Assembly: GCA_018651725.1 (NCBI GenBank) | Contig: JABIDK010000016.1 | Span: 1-54,584 of the forward strand | From: Candidatus Falkowbacteria bacterium | GTDB taxonomy: Bacteria > Patescibacteriota > Patescibacteriia > JAACEG01 | Direction of reading: 5' to 3' | DNA: 54,584 nt | In this document: one piece after another, positions 9,381 to 18,454 of the stretch | Layout: each line of letters starts with the position of its first letter | Numbering within the stretch: position 1 is the stretch's first letter | Position numbers and translations under genes: made by a program | The notes under the pieces: model-generated | Database searches by the model: none | What the model saw: the letters and a program-made list of their open reading frames with translations, nothing else | What the model was told of the DNA's origin: nothing

Positions 9381-9408
9381 CTTTACCATTCAACTATATA
9401 TGGTAAAA
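9381..9408. repeat. 28-bp palindromic junction site, copy 3 (core inverted)
   Basis: CTTTACCATTC-AACTAT-ATATGGTAAAA; reverse complement TTTTACCATAT-ATAGTT-GAATGGTAAAG matches copy 2 at 25/28. Confidence 0.85.
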
Positions 9409-9426
9409 TAGTTAATAATATTATTT

Positions 9427-10029
9427 TTAAATATCGATAACTTCTTTTAATAATTCAGGGAACTTGTCTGTTTTCATATGACTTTCAATGTAATGACCAT
9501 ATCCACTGATGCTAATTACTTTTGGGTCTAATTTTTCTGCAAATATTTTTGCTGATCTTTTTCCAGTTTCACCTTCATTATCGGCTATAAACATAATAAT
9601 ATTTTTAACTCTATCTTTTACGCTTTTGTCTATTTTAAAGTCATAAAAATCTCTTCCTTTATTGTCATATTTTGGATTATACCAGGGGGCGACCATTATA
9701 AACGCTTTAACCTTTCGCCTTGTCTCTCCGAGCCATCTCAATAAAAAAGTAGTCCCGCAACTGGTTCCAATTAAAATTGAACTCTCATTTATATCTAATT
9801 TTTCAAATTCCTTTTTATGGTCCTTATAAGAAGGGTTCCAGGGATGTGGCATTAACGGAAAATCAACCCTAAACTCCACCTTCTCTAATTCATTTTTAAT
9901 CCAAGGAAGCCAGTGTTTGTCATAAGTTCTTGTTTTTGGATTCATAGCTTTTTCTTCGTTGTCAGGACATCCATGAATTATTATACAATTTTTAATTTTA
10001 TTTTTAATCTCTAAAATTTTTTTACTCAT
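9427..10029 (-). CDS. RBBP9/YdeN-like alpha/beta hydrolase
   Basis: IIIHGCP, HWLPWIK, GTSCG, VAPW and GHY; start taken at MSKK. Confidence 0.85.
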   Translation of the reverse strand: MSKKILEIKNKIKNCIIIHGCPDNEEKAMNPKTRTYDKHWLPWIKNELEKVEFRVDFPLMPHPWNPSYKDHKKEFEKLDINESSILIGTSCGTTFLLRWLGETRRKVKAFIMVAPWYNPKYDNKGRDFYDFKIDKSVKDRVKNIIMFIADNEGETGKRSAKIFAEKLDPKVISISGYGHYIESHMKTDKFPELLKEVIDI

Positions 10030-10046
10030 AAATATTTTTGTTAAAT

Positions 10047-10367
10047 TTAACACCTATTATTAATTTTTTCGATTTTATTTTTTAATGCCTCTCTGATATC
10101 AACATCCATTGCCTTGGCTAATAGTAAGGTCGTTATAATCACATCAGCGAGTTCGTTTGGTAAATTATTTTTATCCATTTTATTTAATTTATCTTCTCGC
10201 TGATCACCATTAAATGCTAAAACCTCATTACACAATTCCCCGAGCTCTTCTGTTAACTTTACGGTTCTTGCCAAAATTATTTCTTGCTCTGTAGAATTCT
10301 GCCCGTAATTTTGAATAAGTCTTTTACTCTCTAGATCAATAAATTGTAATAATTCTTGAAAATTCAT
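10047..10367 (-). CDS. MazG-like nucleotide pyrophosphohydrolase
   Basis: KLTEELGEL ... ELADVII motifs; start taken at MNFQELL. Confidence 0.88.
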   Translation of the reverse strand: MNFQELLQFIDLESKRLIQNYGQNSTEQEIILARTVKLTEELGELCNEVLAFNGDQREDKLNKMDKNNLPNELADVIITTLLLAKAMDVDIREALKNKIEKINNRC

Positions 10368-10375
10368 AGTTAATT

Positions 10376-11005
10376 TTATTTTTGATAAATGCATAATTCC
10401 GGTCCTTGCAATTTTTCTAACCAAGCTTTTTTGAATAATTCTATTTTTTCTTTTCTTTTTGGCATTGATTTTTTTGTTCGCGGATCATGAAAAATAATAT
10501 ATTTATTGGTTATGTCTAGGACAACAATTCTATGTAGAGAAAAATCATTTTCTTTTTTATCTAATGTCACAGAATCAAGAACAACTTCACAAACAGCCCC
10601 ATCATTAAACGCGCTAACTAAATCTTCCCAATTCGGTCTTTGTTTTTTAAAAGTAAAATTAGGATGAGTCAAAACTTTTTTAATATCATCTGAGTATGAA
10701 TCAATATTATAAGTGTGCTCTACGATGAAGTTATATTCTTTTTTTGATATTGAATTTTTTAAACCCTCGATTCCATTTTCTGACCAACTAAGCAAATCTA
10801 TCAAATCATACTCAGTAATTTTAATACCCTTATCCATAATCCACAACCAAAATTTAAACCCCCAAACAGCGTAGCCTTGTTTCCAGTCAGAAATTTCAGC
10901 GATTTGCTCAAAAGTACTTTCCGAAAAAAAATATCTAGCCGTCATCGTATAACAAGACAAAGCACAACTTTCCCCTCTATTTTTTTCATACGGAATATCT
11001 AGCAT
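10376..11005 (-). CDS. C39-like (papain-fold) cysteine peptidase-like protein
   Basis: N-terminal SCALSC, later HRIVV and IIFHDP, the Cys-His-Asp order of C39-like domains. Confidence 0.65.
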   Translation of the reverse strand: MLDIPYEKNRGESCALSCYTMTARYFFSESTFEQIAEISDWKQGYAVWGFKFWLWIMDKGIKITEYDLIDLLSWSENGIEGLKNSISKKEYNFIVEHTYNIDSYSDDIKKVLTHPNFTFKKQRPNWEDLVSAFNDGAVCEVVLDSVTLDKKENDFSLHRIVVLDITNKYIIFHDPRTKKSMPKRKEKIELFKKAWLEKLQGPELCIYQK

Positions 11006-11057
11006 AAATTTATCAAATTCAAAATTAATTTTATAATTTGTTCTTTATCTAATATTT

Positions 11058-12857
11058 TTATACAAATTTAGCTGTTTGTTTTTGCCAGAATTTTTGGTAA
11101 AGGCCTTTTTGTTTTATTAATTTTTGGTGAGTGCCGTCTTCTTGGATAGCGCCTTCTTCAATTACTAAAATTCTGTCTAATTTTTGAACGGTGCTTAGCC
11201 TGTGTGCCACTACGATAACTGTTTTTCCCTTCATTAATTTAAATAATGCGTCTTGAATAAATTCCTCAGAAACAGAATCAAGTGATGAGGTTGCTTCATC
11301 TAAAACTAAAATCGGTGCATTTTTTAGAAATGCTCTGGCTAAAGCTACTCTTTGTTTTTGCCCACCTGATAACTTTACCCCTCTTTCTCCTACCAATGTT
11401 TCATAACCGCTTTCCAGTGTTTTAACAAATTCATGAACATGGGCCTTTTTGGAAGCTGCTAAAATTTCTTCTTTGCTGGCGTTTGATTTGGCATAGGCAA
11501 TATTTTCGTAAATTGAACGATGGAAAAGGACTGGTTCTTGCGGAACATAAGAAACATTATTTCTCAAAGAGCCTTGCGTGACTTGCGAAATGTCTTGATT
11601 ATCAATTAAGATTTGTCCTGAATTTAAATTTGCAAACCTGAGTAATAATTTAGTTATTGTTGTTTTTCCAGCTCCGCTGGTTCCGACTAATCCTAAGCTC
11701 TGTCCGGCTGGAATTCTTAAATTAAATTCTGAAAACACCTCTTCTTTTTGGTTTGGATAAGAAAAAGTAACTTTTTGAAATAGAATTTCGCCTTTTTCAA
11801 CTTTTATTTCACCGGCATTTTCAACGTCTTGCACGTCGACTTTTCTGTCTAAAATCTGTACCATTTCCTTAGCATCAGAAATTGATTGAATTAAATTTTT
11901 AAACGTTCTACTAAGCGCCCAAAGTGATGAAAAAAATAAACCAAAATAAGCTTGAATCAAAACAACGTCACCTACCGTTAAGACACCCTCAGACCAAAGT
12001 TTTAAAGCATATCCAACAGCAGAAAACTCTAAAACCAAGAAAAAAACAGCTGTCACAACCCTATGATAATTCTGGAAACTCCATGATTTATAAACCGCGT
12101 CGCCTGTTTCATTAATAAATTCTTGATAATAACTTCTTTCTTTTTTCAAAGAAGCAAAAATTTTTATATTTAAAACATTAGTAATAGCGTCAGCCAAAAC
12201 ACCATTCCTTTTTGTATTTTTTGTTACCTTGTCGTAATCTAAAATTAATATTTTCTTTGTAAAAAAAATAGCCACCAAAACATATAAAATCGACCAAGTT
12301 AAAAATATAAATCCTATCTGAACATTTGTAAAAAATAAAATTATTATAGCCGTTATGGCCTGACCCACTGAAAAGAAAATACCAAAAATAAAAATATCCA
12401 TAATATGTTCATAAGCCAAAACGAATTTATTTAACTTATTAACTAACGAACCGGTAAAATTATTTTCAAAAAAGGAATTAGAATGTTCTATGGTTTTTAC
12501 AAAAACATAATCATTTAAATCAATCATCCCCTTTAACTGATATTTAGTCATTAAAAAATCTGCTATTCTAAAAAGAATGTTGGCTATAATTACTATTCCG
12601 ATAATAATTAAAAATACAGACCAAATTTTCTCAAGTTCAGCGCCCTCATTCATTAGATTTACAATATCTCTATAATAAAGAGGATTAATTACAAACATAA
12701 GCAAACTTCCAACAATAAAACCAAGTGCCATAAATAAATACTGCCACTTGTACTGTTTTCCGTACTTCCAATAGTGATAAAAGACTCGAGAGAGTTTTAC
12801 ATCTTTTGGTTTATTTTCTTTCTGTTTTGTTTTATTTAACATATTTTTTATTTCCAA
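11058..12857 (-). CDS. ABC exporter, fused permease/ATP-binding protein
   Basis: Multi-TM N-domain; GTSGAGKT, LSGGQ, LDEATS, AHRLS. Confidence 0.93.
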   Translation of the reverse strand: MEIKNMLNKTKQKENKPKDVKLSRVFYHYWKYGKQYKWQYLFMALGFIVGSLLMFVINPLYYRDIVNLMNEGAELEKIWSVFLIIIGIVIIANILFRIADFLMTKYQLKGMIDLNDYVFVKTIEHSNSFFENNFTGSLVNKLNKFVLAYEHIMDIFIFGIFFSVGQAITAIIILFFTNVQIGFIFLTWSILYVLVAIFFTKKILILDYDKVTKNTKRNGVLADAITNVLNIKIFASLKKERSYYQEFINETGDAVYKSWSFQNYHRVVTAVFFLVLEFSAVGYALKLWSEGVLTVGDVVLIQAYFGLFFSSLWALSRTFKNLIQSISDAKEMVQILDRKVDVQDVENAGEIKVEKGEILFQKVTFSYPNQKEEVFSEFNLRIPAGQSLGLVGTSGAGKTTITKLLLRFANLNSGQILIDNQDISQVTQGSLRNNVSYVPQEPVLFHRSIYENIAYAKSNASKEEILAASKKAHVHEFVKTLESGYETLVGERGVKLSGGQKQRVALARAFLKNAPILVLDEATSSLDSVSEEFIQDALFKLMKGKTVIVVAHRLSTVQKLDRILVIEEGAIQEDGTHQKLIKQKGLYQKFWQKQTAKFV

Positions 12858-13321
12858 AGCCCTTTTTTATTATCTTTTGCTTTTGATTCTGCTTTTTCCA
12901 GGAAGACAGCAGAAAAATTGTCTGGCGGTATAGTCATCACTCTGGCCAACCCTTCGTCAAGTAATGTTTTATTTACCCAAATATTATCTATAAAAACATG
13001 ACGAAGAAGACGACCGTATCTGTCTGTTTCCATAACCTCTTTTTCAAGTTTAACGGTCTTTCCTTCCACTAAAAATTTTAACAGCTGTTTAGATTCTTCA
13101 TATAAAAATTCATCTTTTTCAGGAGCATCGACTCCGATTAATCTTACTTTTCTGTTATCACTTAAAATAAAAGTATCTCCATCAATAACAAATTCAACTT
13201 TTCCTATCTCTAAAATTTCTTCATCAAAATCACTCTTACTTAAATCTATGATTTGAAGAAGAAAACCAGCCAAAAAACTCAAAACAATTCCAATAACAAT
13301 TGTAATTTTAGATATTTTCAT
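12848..13321 (-). CDS. thermonuclease (SNase) family protein with N-terminal membrane anchor
   Basis: VIDGDT, VRLIGVDAPE, DRYGRLL, KGLW. Confidence 0.92.
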   Translation of the reverse strand: MKISKITIVIGIVLSFLAGFLLQIIDLSKSDFDEEILEIGKVEFVIDGDTFILSDNRKVRLIGVDAPEKDEFLYEESKQLLKFLVEGKTVKLEKEVMETDRYGRLLRHVFIDNIWVNKTLLDEGLARVMTIPPDNFSAVFLEKAESKAKDNKKGLWK

Positions 13322-13322
13322 T

Positions 13323-14726
13323 TTAATTTTTTGCTCTTACTGAAAAATCATTATCCTGTAAATCTTCAACAATGTATCCTTTTTTTTGAATTTCATCTCT
13401 TAATTTATCGGACAATTCCCAGTCTTTTCCTTGTTTGGCTTTTTTTCTTTTTTCAGCTAAGTCAATAATTTCTTTTGGTAGCTCTTTGATTTTTTGCTTT
13501 TGTAAATCCAGCCCCAGCACTTTATCAAAATCTAAAATAGTTGCTAATTTATCGCCTTTGCTAAGTTCTGATTTTAGTACTTCTTGAACTATCGCTAAAG
13601 CTTGGGGTATGTTTAAATCGTCGTTAATTACATTGATAAATTTTTCTTTAAATTTTTTATCAACAGCATATTTTTTTACATTATCCACTTTAAACATTAA
13701 AGTTCTAACTTTATTTGCCAAATTATTAAGCCCATGTTCTGAATTTTTTATAGTATCTTCAGAATACTCCATTGGTTTGCGGTAATGAGTTTGTAACATA
13801 GCAAATCTATAGACAAGAGGGTTGATATTTTTTTTGATTAAAGCATTTTCAATGGTTAAAAAATTATCATCACTTTTCGCCATTTTTTTACCGCCTTGAA
13901 TATTTAAAAAAGCTCCGTGCATCCAGTAGTTAAAAAACTTTTCACCGGTCGCAGCTTCTGACTGAGCAATTTCATTTGTATGGTGAACATTAATATGATC
14001 GATCCCGCCACAGTGAATATCAAGTTGATCGCCAAGGTGACGCATACTAATAGCCGAACACTCAATGTGCCAGCCAGGGAAACCAACTCCCCAAGGACTT
14101 TTCCACTCCATTTGTCTCTTGGAGTCTTTTGGTGAAAATTTCCACAATGCAAAGTCAGTTGGATTTTTCTTTTCATCGTTTTTTTCTACTCTTGCCCCCT
14201 CTTTTAGCTCATCTAATTTTAAATGACTTAATTTGTTGTAATCAGGGAACTTAGAGGTGTCAAAATAAACTCCATCAGAAGTTTTATAAGTATAACTTTT
14301 TTCTTCTAAAATTTTAATCAATTCAATTTGTTTTTCAATGTTTTTATCCGATGCAGCGTTAGACCAAATATCCGGCCCTATGATATTTAATTTTTTAATA
14401 TCTTCTTTAAAAGCCTTTGTATAAAATTCCGCAACTTCCCAGGCGGTTTTTCCTTCACGTTTAGCGCCTTTTTCCAATTTGTCCTCACCCATATCTCTGT
14501 CGCCGGTTAAATGCCCAACATCGGTGATGTTCATTACATGCCTTACTTTATAGTTATTATAAACCAATACTCTTTTTAAAATATCTTCAAAAACATATGT
14601 CCGAAGATTCCCAATATGGGCATAATCATAAACAGTCGGACCACAAGTATAAAGTCCGACCTCGTTCTTTTTAATTGATTTAAATTTTTCTTTTTTTCGC
14701 GTTAAAGTGTTGTAAAGTTTTAACAT
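13323..14726 (-). CDS. cysS: cysteine--tRNA ligase
   Basis: [32 protein letters not shown]. Confidence 0.97.
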   Translation of the reverse strand: MLKLYNTLTRKKEKFKSIKKNEVGLYTCGPTVYDYAHIGNLRTYVFEDILKRVLVYNNYKVRHVMNITDVGHLTGDRDMGEDKLEKGAKREGKTAWEVAEFYTKAFKEDIKKLNIIGPDIWSNAASDKNIEKQIELIKILEEKSYTYKTSDGVYFDTSKFPDYNKLSHLKLDELKEGARVEKNDEKKNPTDFALWKFSPKDSKRQMEWKSPWGVGFPGWHIECSAISMRHLGDQLDIHCGGIDHINVHHTNEIAQSEAATGEKFFNYWMHGAFLNIQGGKKMAKSDDNFLTIENALIKKNINPLVYRFAMLQTHYRKPMEYSEDTIKNSEHGLNNLANKVRTLMFKVDNVKKYAVDKKFKEKFINVINDDLNIPQALAIVQEVLKSELSKGDKLATILDFDKVLGLDLQKQKIKELPKEIIDLAEKRKKAKQGKDWELSDKLRDEIQKKGYIVEDLQDNDFSVRAKN

Positions 14727-14801
14727 AAGTTTAGAATTTAGAATATAGAATATTGAATATAAATATAATACCTTACAACCACCTAAAAATCAAGGAAAAC
14801 A

Positions 14802-14828
14802 AAAACCCGCGAATTATTCGCGGGTTTT
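14802..14828 (-). terminator. intrinsic terminator after the 383-aa membrane protein gene
   Basis: AAAACCCGCGAAT-T-ATTCGCGGGTTTT perfect inverted repeat. Confidence 0.8.
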
Positions 14829-14851
14829 AAAAATAATAATCGTTAAATTAA

Positions 14852-16003
14852 TTATTGTTCACAACTTGTGCATCTTTTACACTTTAAAATTCCGAAGCAG
14901 TTTAGTTGGCGGCGTAATAATTTTAAGAACAAAATTGCTGTAACAGCCATTACTAGAACAATAAACCAAAACATTGCCGGGGTTGGAGAGAAAAGAAAGT
15001 AAACAAAACTTCCTAAAACACTGTAAGCCACAAACGGACAAACAAGCCCCCACTGCGAAACATGAAACTCTTCTTTAAATTCTTTTTTAAAGTAATCTTT
15101 AAGCAGATACAGTCCAAAAAGCATATACCAAGTTTCAAAGGCAAAAGCCGTTACCATCACAACCATAAAATAAGATTGCAAATGAGCTCCTTGATGATGC
15201 TCTAGATAATGACCGAACCTAAATAAACTTATAGCGTACAAAGTAATATTAGGAACTACTATCAAAAAGCTTGGCAAAAACTGTTTAGCCGGCAAACCTT
15301 CAGAGGAAAAATGTTTTTGAAAAATAGAAACAACTTTTACTAACAGAAGAAACATTCCCATAGTTCCGGAGATTAAGGACATGAACATCGCTGTTCCGGC
15401 GATATCCGGGCTTTTAGCCAGAGCCGCTATCCCTGTTCCGGTAACAGTCACCATCGCCAAAGCAAAGGGGTGAAGTAGCCAGCCAAAATGAATTTGGCTA
15501 ACATCAAATCCTTTAGTAAAAGAGATTTTTAACAACCTTAACTCCATTTTTAAAACAAAAAACCAAACCAATCCCCAGCCAATAAGACCTGGGACCATCA
15601 TAGACTGTAAATTATCAGCCATAGCAGGCACAAAATAACGAACAACCGCTAAAAAAACATTAATCGTCATTGTTATAGAAATGAACGGCGCCATAATTCC
15701 GGCGTTAAGTAAGGGGTTATTGATAAACTCCTTATACATTTCAGTTTTTAGCCATTTAACAAGCATCACTAAAAACCAAATACTCAGAACTATATGAATC
15801 AACGAGAAAACAACCATATTTACATCAAGAATTCTGTAAAGAATTTCTTTCCATAAAGGCAAATTTTCCGTGTAAACTTGTGAAATTTTTATTAAACCTT
15901 TTCCATGAGGAACAGTGTAATTAATAAATGCCCAAAATCCAATAGCAGCTCCTCCGGCTCCTAAAGATGCTAAGAATAGCAAAGGCGAAAATTTTTTATT
16001 CAT
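14852..16003 (-). CDS. polytopic membrane protein with Cys-rich tail (TDT/TehA-like; possibly TsoY-like)
   Basis: About 10 hydrophobic segments; FSPLLFLASLGAGG start; SQWGLVCPFVA; tail CKRCTSC. Family assignment is from memory. Confidence 0.55.
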   Translation of the reverse strand: MNKKFSPLLFLASLGAGGAAIGFWAFINYTVPHGKGLIKISQVYTENLPLWKEILYRILDVNMVVFSLIHIVLSIWFLVMLVKWLKTEMYKEFINNPLLNAGIMAPFISITMTINVFLAVVRYFVPAMADNLQSMMVPGLIGWGLVWFFVLKMELRLLKISFTKGFDVSQIHFGWLLHPFALAMVTVTGTGIAALAKSPDIAGTAMFMSLISGTMGMFLLLVKVVSIFQKHFSSEGLPAKQFLPSFLIVVPNITLYAISLFRFGHYLEHHQGAHLQSYFMVVMVTAFAFETWYMLFGLYLLKDYFKKEFKEEFHVSQWGLVCPFVAYSVLGSFVYFLFSPTPAMFWFIVLVMAVTAILFLKLLRRQLNCFGILKCKRCTSCEQ

Positions 16004-16006
16004 ATT

Positions 16007-16330
16007 TTAGATATGTTTTTCCAGTAAAGCTTTAAGATTATCAGCTGACTGAGCACCAACTGTTTCATCTACAACTTCTCCGTTTCTAAAAATTTTAACT
16101 GTCGGAATACTCATTACGCCGTACTTACCGGCAATTTCTTGAGCTTGATCTACGTTTAATTTCCCTACTGATGCTTTGTCTCCCATTGTTTCAGACAGTT
16201 CATCGATAACCGGTGCCATAACTTGACACGGTCCGCACCAGTCAGCGAAAAAATCAACTAAAACCGGTTTTTCTTTTGACGCTTCGATAACATCTTCTTG
16301 AAAGTTATCGTTTGTAAAAATATTAGCCAT
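16007..16330 (-). CDS. trxA: thioredoxin
   Basis: WCGPC active site, SIPT cis-Pro motif; 107 aa. Confidence 0.96.
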   Translation of the reverse strand: MANIFTNDNFQEDVIEASKEKPVLVDFFADWCGPCQVMAPVIDELSETMGDKASVGKLNVDQAQEIAGKYGVMSIPTVKIFRNGEVVDETVGAQSADNLKALLEKHI

Positions 16331-16419
16331 ATTTTTATATTAATCTAACCTCTATCAATTGCTGAATCGCTCTGCAATTTAATAATTGATATTTTAGATT
16401 TAATTTAATTATTTATTAA

Positions 16420-16923
16420 TTATCTTTTAACTAAAAATAAACTTAACATTGGAATAATTAACCACAAGAAAAAACTAATTGGAAAAATAAAGATAAATTT
16501 TATAAATAAACTTAATTCATTACTTATGTAAGGCGGTAAAAAATAATGCAGACTTATACTAATAAAAAGGCCTAAAGTTAAGATATTTAAAAAAATTATC
16601 TTTCTTTTTTCATATAATCTTTTGTAGCTTTTGAAAAATCCTGTTTTTAAAAATAACTTTAAAAAAACAGCTATTATTATTATAAATAAAACTTCAAGAA
16701 AAAATTCATTTGCAGAAATTAATTTTATCTTTAAAGACGATGCGTTCAAGATGGCAAACTCTTCTACAAAAATAAAAGCTAAATAAATGCTTAAAATTAA
16801 AGCCATCACCTTTTCTTTTTTTAAAAGAAAAACAAACAATACCGCAGACAAAACAAAAACTAAAACAACAGCCACATCCCATCCTCCGATGTAATTAAAT
16901 AAATTTTTAAATAATTCCAACAT
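16420..16923 (-). CDS. hypothetical membrane protein
   Basis: 167 aa with several TM segments, co-oriented after dnaJ. Confidence 0.7.
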   Translation of the reverse strand: MLELFKNLFNYIGGWDVAVVLVFVLSAVLFVFLLKKEKVMALILSIYLAFIFVEEFAILNASSLKIKLISANEFFLEVLFIIIIAVFLKLFLKTGFFKSYKRLYEKRKIIFLNILTLGLFISISLHYFLPPYISNELSLFIKFIFIFPISFFLWLIIPMLSLFLVKR

Positions 16924-16941
16924 AAAAGCTAATGAAGCTAT

Positions 16942-18033
16942 CTAAAGTCCTTCGTCTCTCAACTCTTTTACTAGTTTCTTCTGCTGTCTGGTTAATTTAT
17001 CCGGAATTTTCACGTCTATCTCTACAATTAAATCACCTATTCCGAATCCACGCAAGTGCGGGATACCTTTGCCACGCAATTTAAACTGCTTCCCGGACAC
17101 TGTGCCATCCGGGACTTTTAACTTAACAGTTCCGATCGGCGTATCTATTTCTATCTTATCACCCAAAATAGCCTGACTTAAATTTATATATTTTTTAGTT
17201 TTTATATCATAATTAATTCTCTGAAATTTTCTGTTTTGAGTTATGTGAACATTTATATAAAGATCTCCGGAAGAAGCGCTTTTAATAGCCTCGCCTTTCC
17301 CAACCACCCTAATCGTGCCGTTATCGTGTATTCCGGCTGGGATTTTAATTTTGATTTTTTCGCTTTCTTTTATAATCCCATTACCATGACACTTAGAACA
17401 TTTTTTCTCCGGAATTTGTCCCTCGCCCTTACAATTTGAGCAAACTGTAGCTGTTTTAAAGGCTCCTAAAATTGTTTGTTTGATTTGCTCTGTTTGCCCT
17501 TTTCCATGACAAGTAGCGCAAGTTTTCATTTTTGTACCTGGCTCAGCTCCGGATCCGGAACACTTTGAACAAGTTGTATTCTTGGCAAGCTCAATAGTTT
17601 TCTCTGTGCCGGTTATCATTTCTTCAAAGCTGATAGTTACGTCCACTTCTATATCTCTGCCTTTTCGTTGTCTTCCCGCTCCTCTTTGTCCGTTAAAAAA
17701 ATCAGAAAAAACATCTCCTAAGTCAAACTCAACTCCACCTTTGTCACCTGAAAAACCGCTGGCAAAACCGGAAAAATCACGAAAACCTTCAAAGCCATGA
17801 AATCCGCCCCCGGCCTGAGCATTCTCAAAAGTCTGCCCAAACTGATCGTACTGAGAACGCTTTTCTTTGTCCGACAAAACCTGGTAAGCTTCATTCGCCT
17901 CTTTAAATTTTGCCTCATCACCACCCTTTTTATCCGGATGATATTTATGAGCCAATGCACGAAAAGCCTTTTTGATCTCATCTTCTGAAGCGCCTTTTTG
18001 AACGCCTAATATTTTATAGTAGTCTTTACTCAT
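16942..18033 (-). CDS. dnaJ: chaperone DnaJ
   Basis: J-domain HPD, G/F region, four CxxCxGxG repeats. Confidence 0.98.
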   Translation of the reverse strand: MSKDYYKILGVQKGASEDEIKKAFRALAHKYHPDKKGGDEAKFKEANEAYQVLSDKEKRSQYDQFGQTFENAQAGGGFHGFEGFRDFSGFASGFSGDKGGVEFDLGDVFSDFFNGQRGAGRQRKGRDIEVDVTISFEEMITGTEKTIELAKNTTCSKCSGSGAEPGTKMKTCATCHGKGQTEQIKQTILGAFKTATVCSNCKGEGQIPEKKCSKCHGNGIIKESEKIKIKIPAGIHDNGTIRVVGKGEAIKSASSGDLYINVHITQNRKFQRINYDIKTKKYINLSQAILGDKIEIDTPIGTVKLKVPDGTVSGKQFKLRGKGIPHLRGFGIGDLIVEIDVKIPDKLTRQQKKLVKELRDEGL

Positions 18034-18035
18034 GT

Positions 18036-18350
18036 TTATTGCTTATCAGCAAACCCGATTTCTTTGCTTTCAACCGGGGCTGATTCTTTTACTTCGCCGA
18101 ACTTTTCTTCGTATTTTTTTAAATTTGCCTGCATGGCAGATATAATCCTTTTAAAGTGTCCGGGGGTTGTAATAATTTTACTAACTACCCTTCCACTTGG
18201 CGCCATAATATTACCGAAGACTAGTTGAAACTCTTCCTTATTATGATTAGTCTGCATAAAATTAGCATACTCTGCTCCCGGAATATTATCGGCAATTTTA
18301 ACTTCTTGTTTTGCTTGCCCGCCTTGAGCGGGTTGTTGTTGATTTTGCAT
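18036..18350 (-). CDS. DUF3467-like protein
   Basis: YANF...H..EEF.L.F...[15 protein letters not shown]...N..KYE..FG pattern. Confidence 0.75.
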   Translation of the reverse strand: MQNQQQPAQGGQAKQEVKIADNIPGAEYANFMQTNHNKEEFQLVFGNIMAPSGRVVSKIITTPGHFKRIISAMQANLKKYEEKFGEVKESAPVESKEIGFADKQ

Positions 18351-18361
18351 ATAGAATTCTC

Positions 18362-18450
18362 TGTCATTCCGACCGAAGCGGAGCGAAGTGGAGGAATCTC
18401 GTGGTATAACGACGAGATCCTTCGACTCGCTTCACTCGCTCAGGATGACA
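18362..18450. repeat. REP/MITE-like palindromic element
   Basis: TGTCATTCC...GGATGACA termini; inner GAATCTCGT/ACGAGATCC stem; GAGCGAAG/CTCGCTTC motifs. Confidence 0.8.
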
Positions 18451-18454
18451 AATG

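Noticed and set aside
7357-9408. classical integron attC sites
   Set aside because: No RYYYAAC...GTTRRRY boxes, too short for attC, and no integron integrase in the window.
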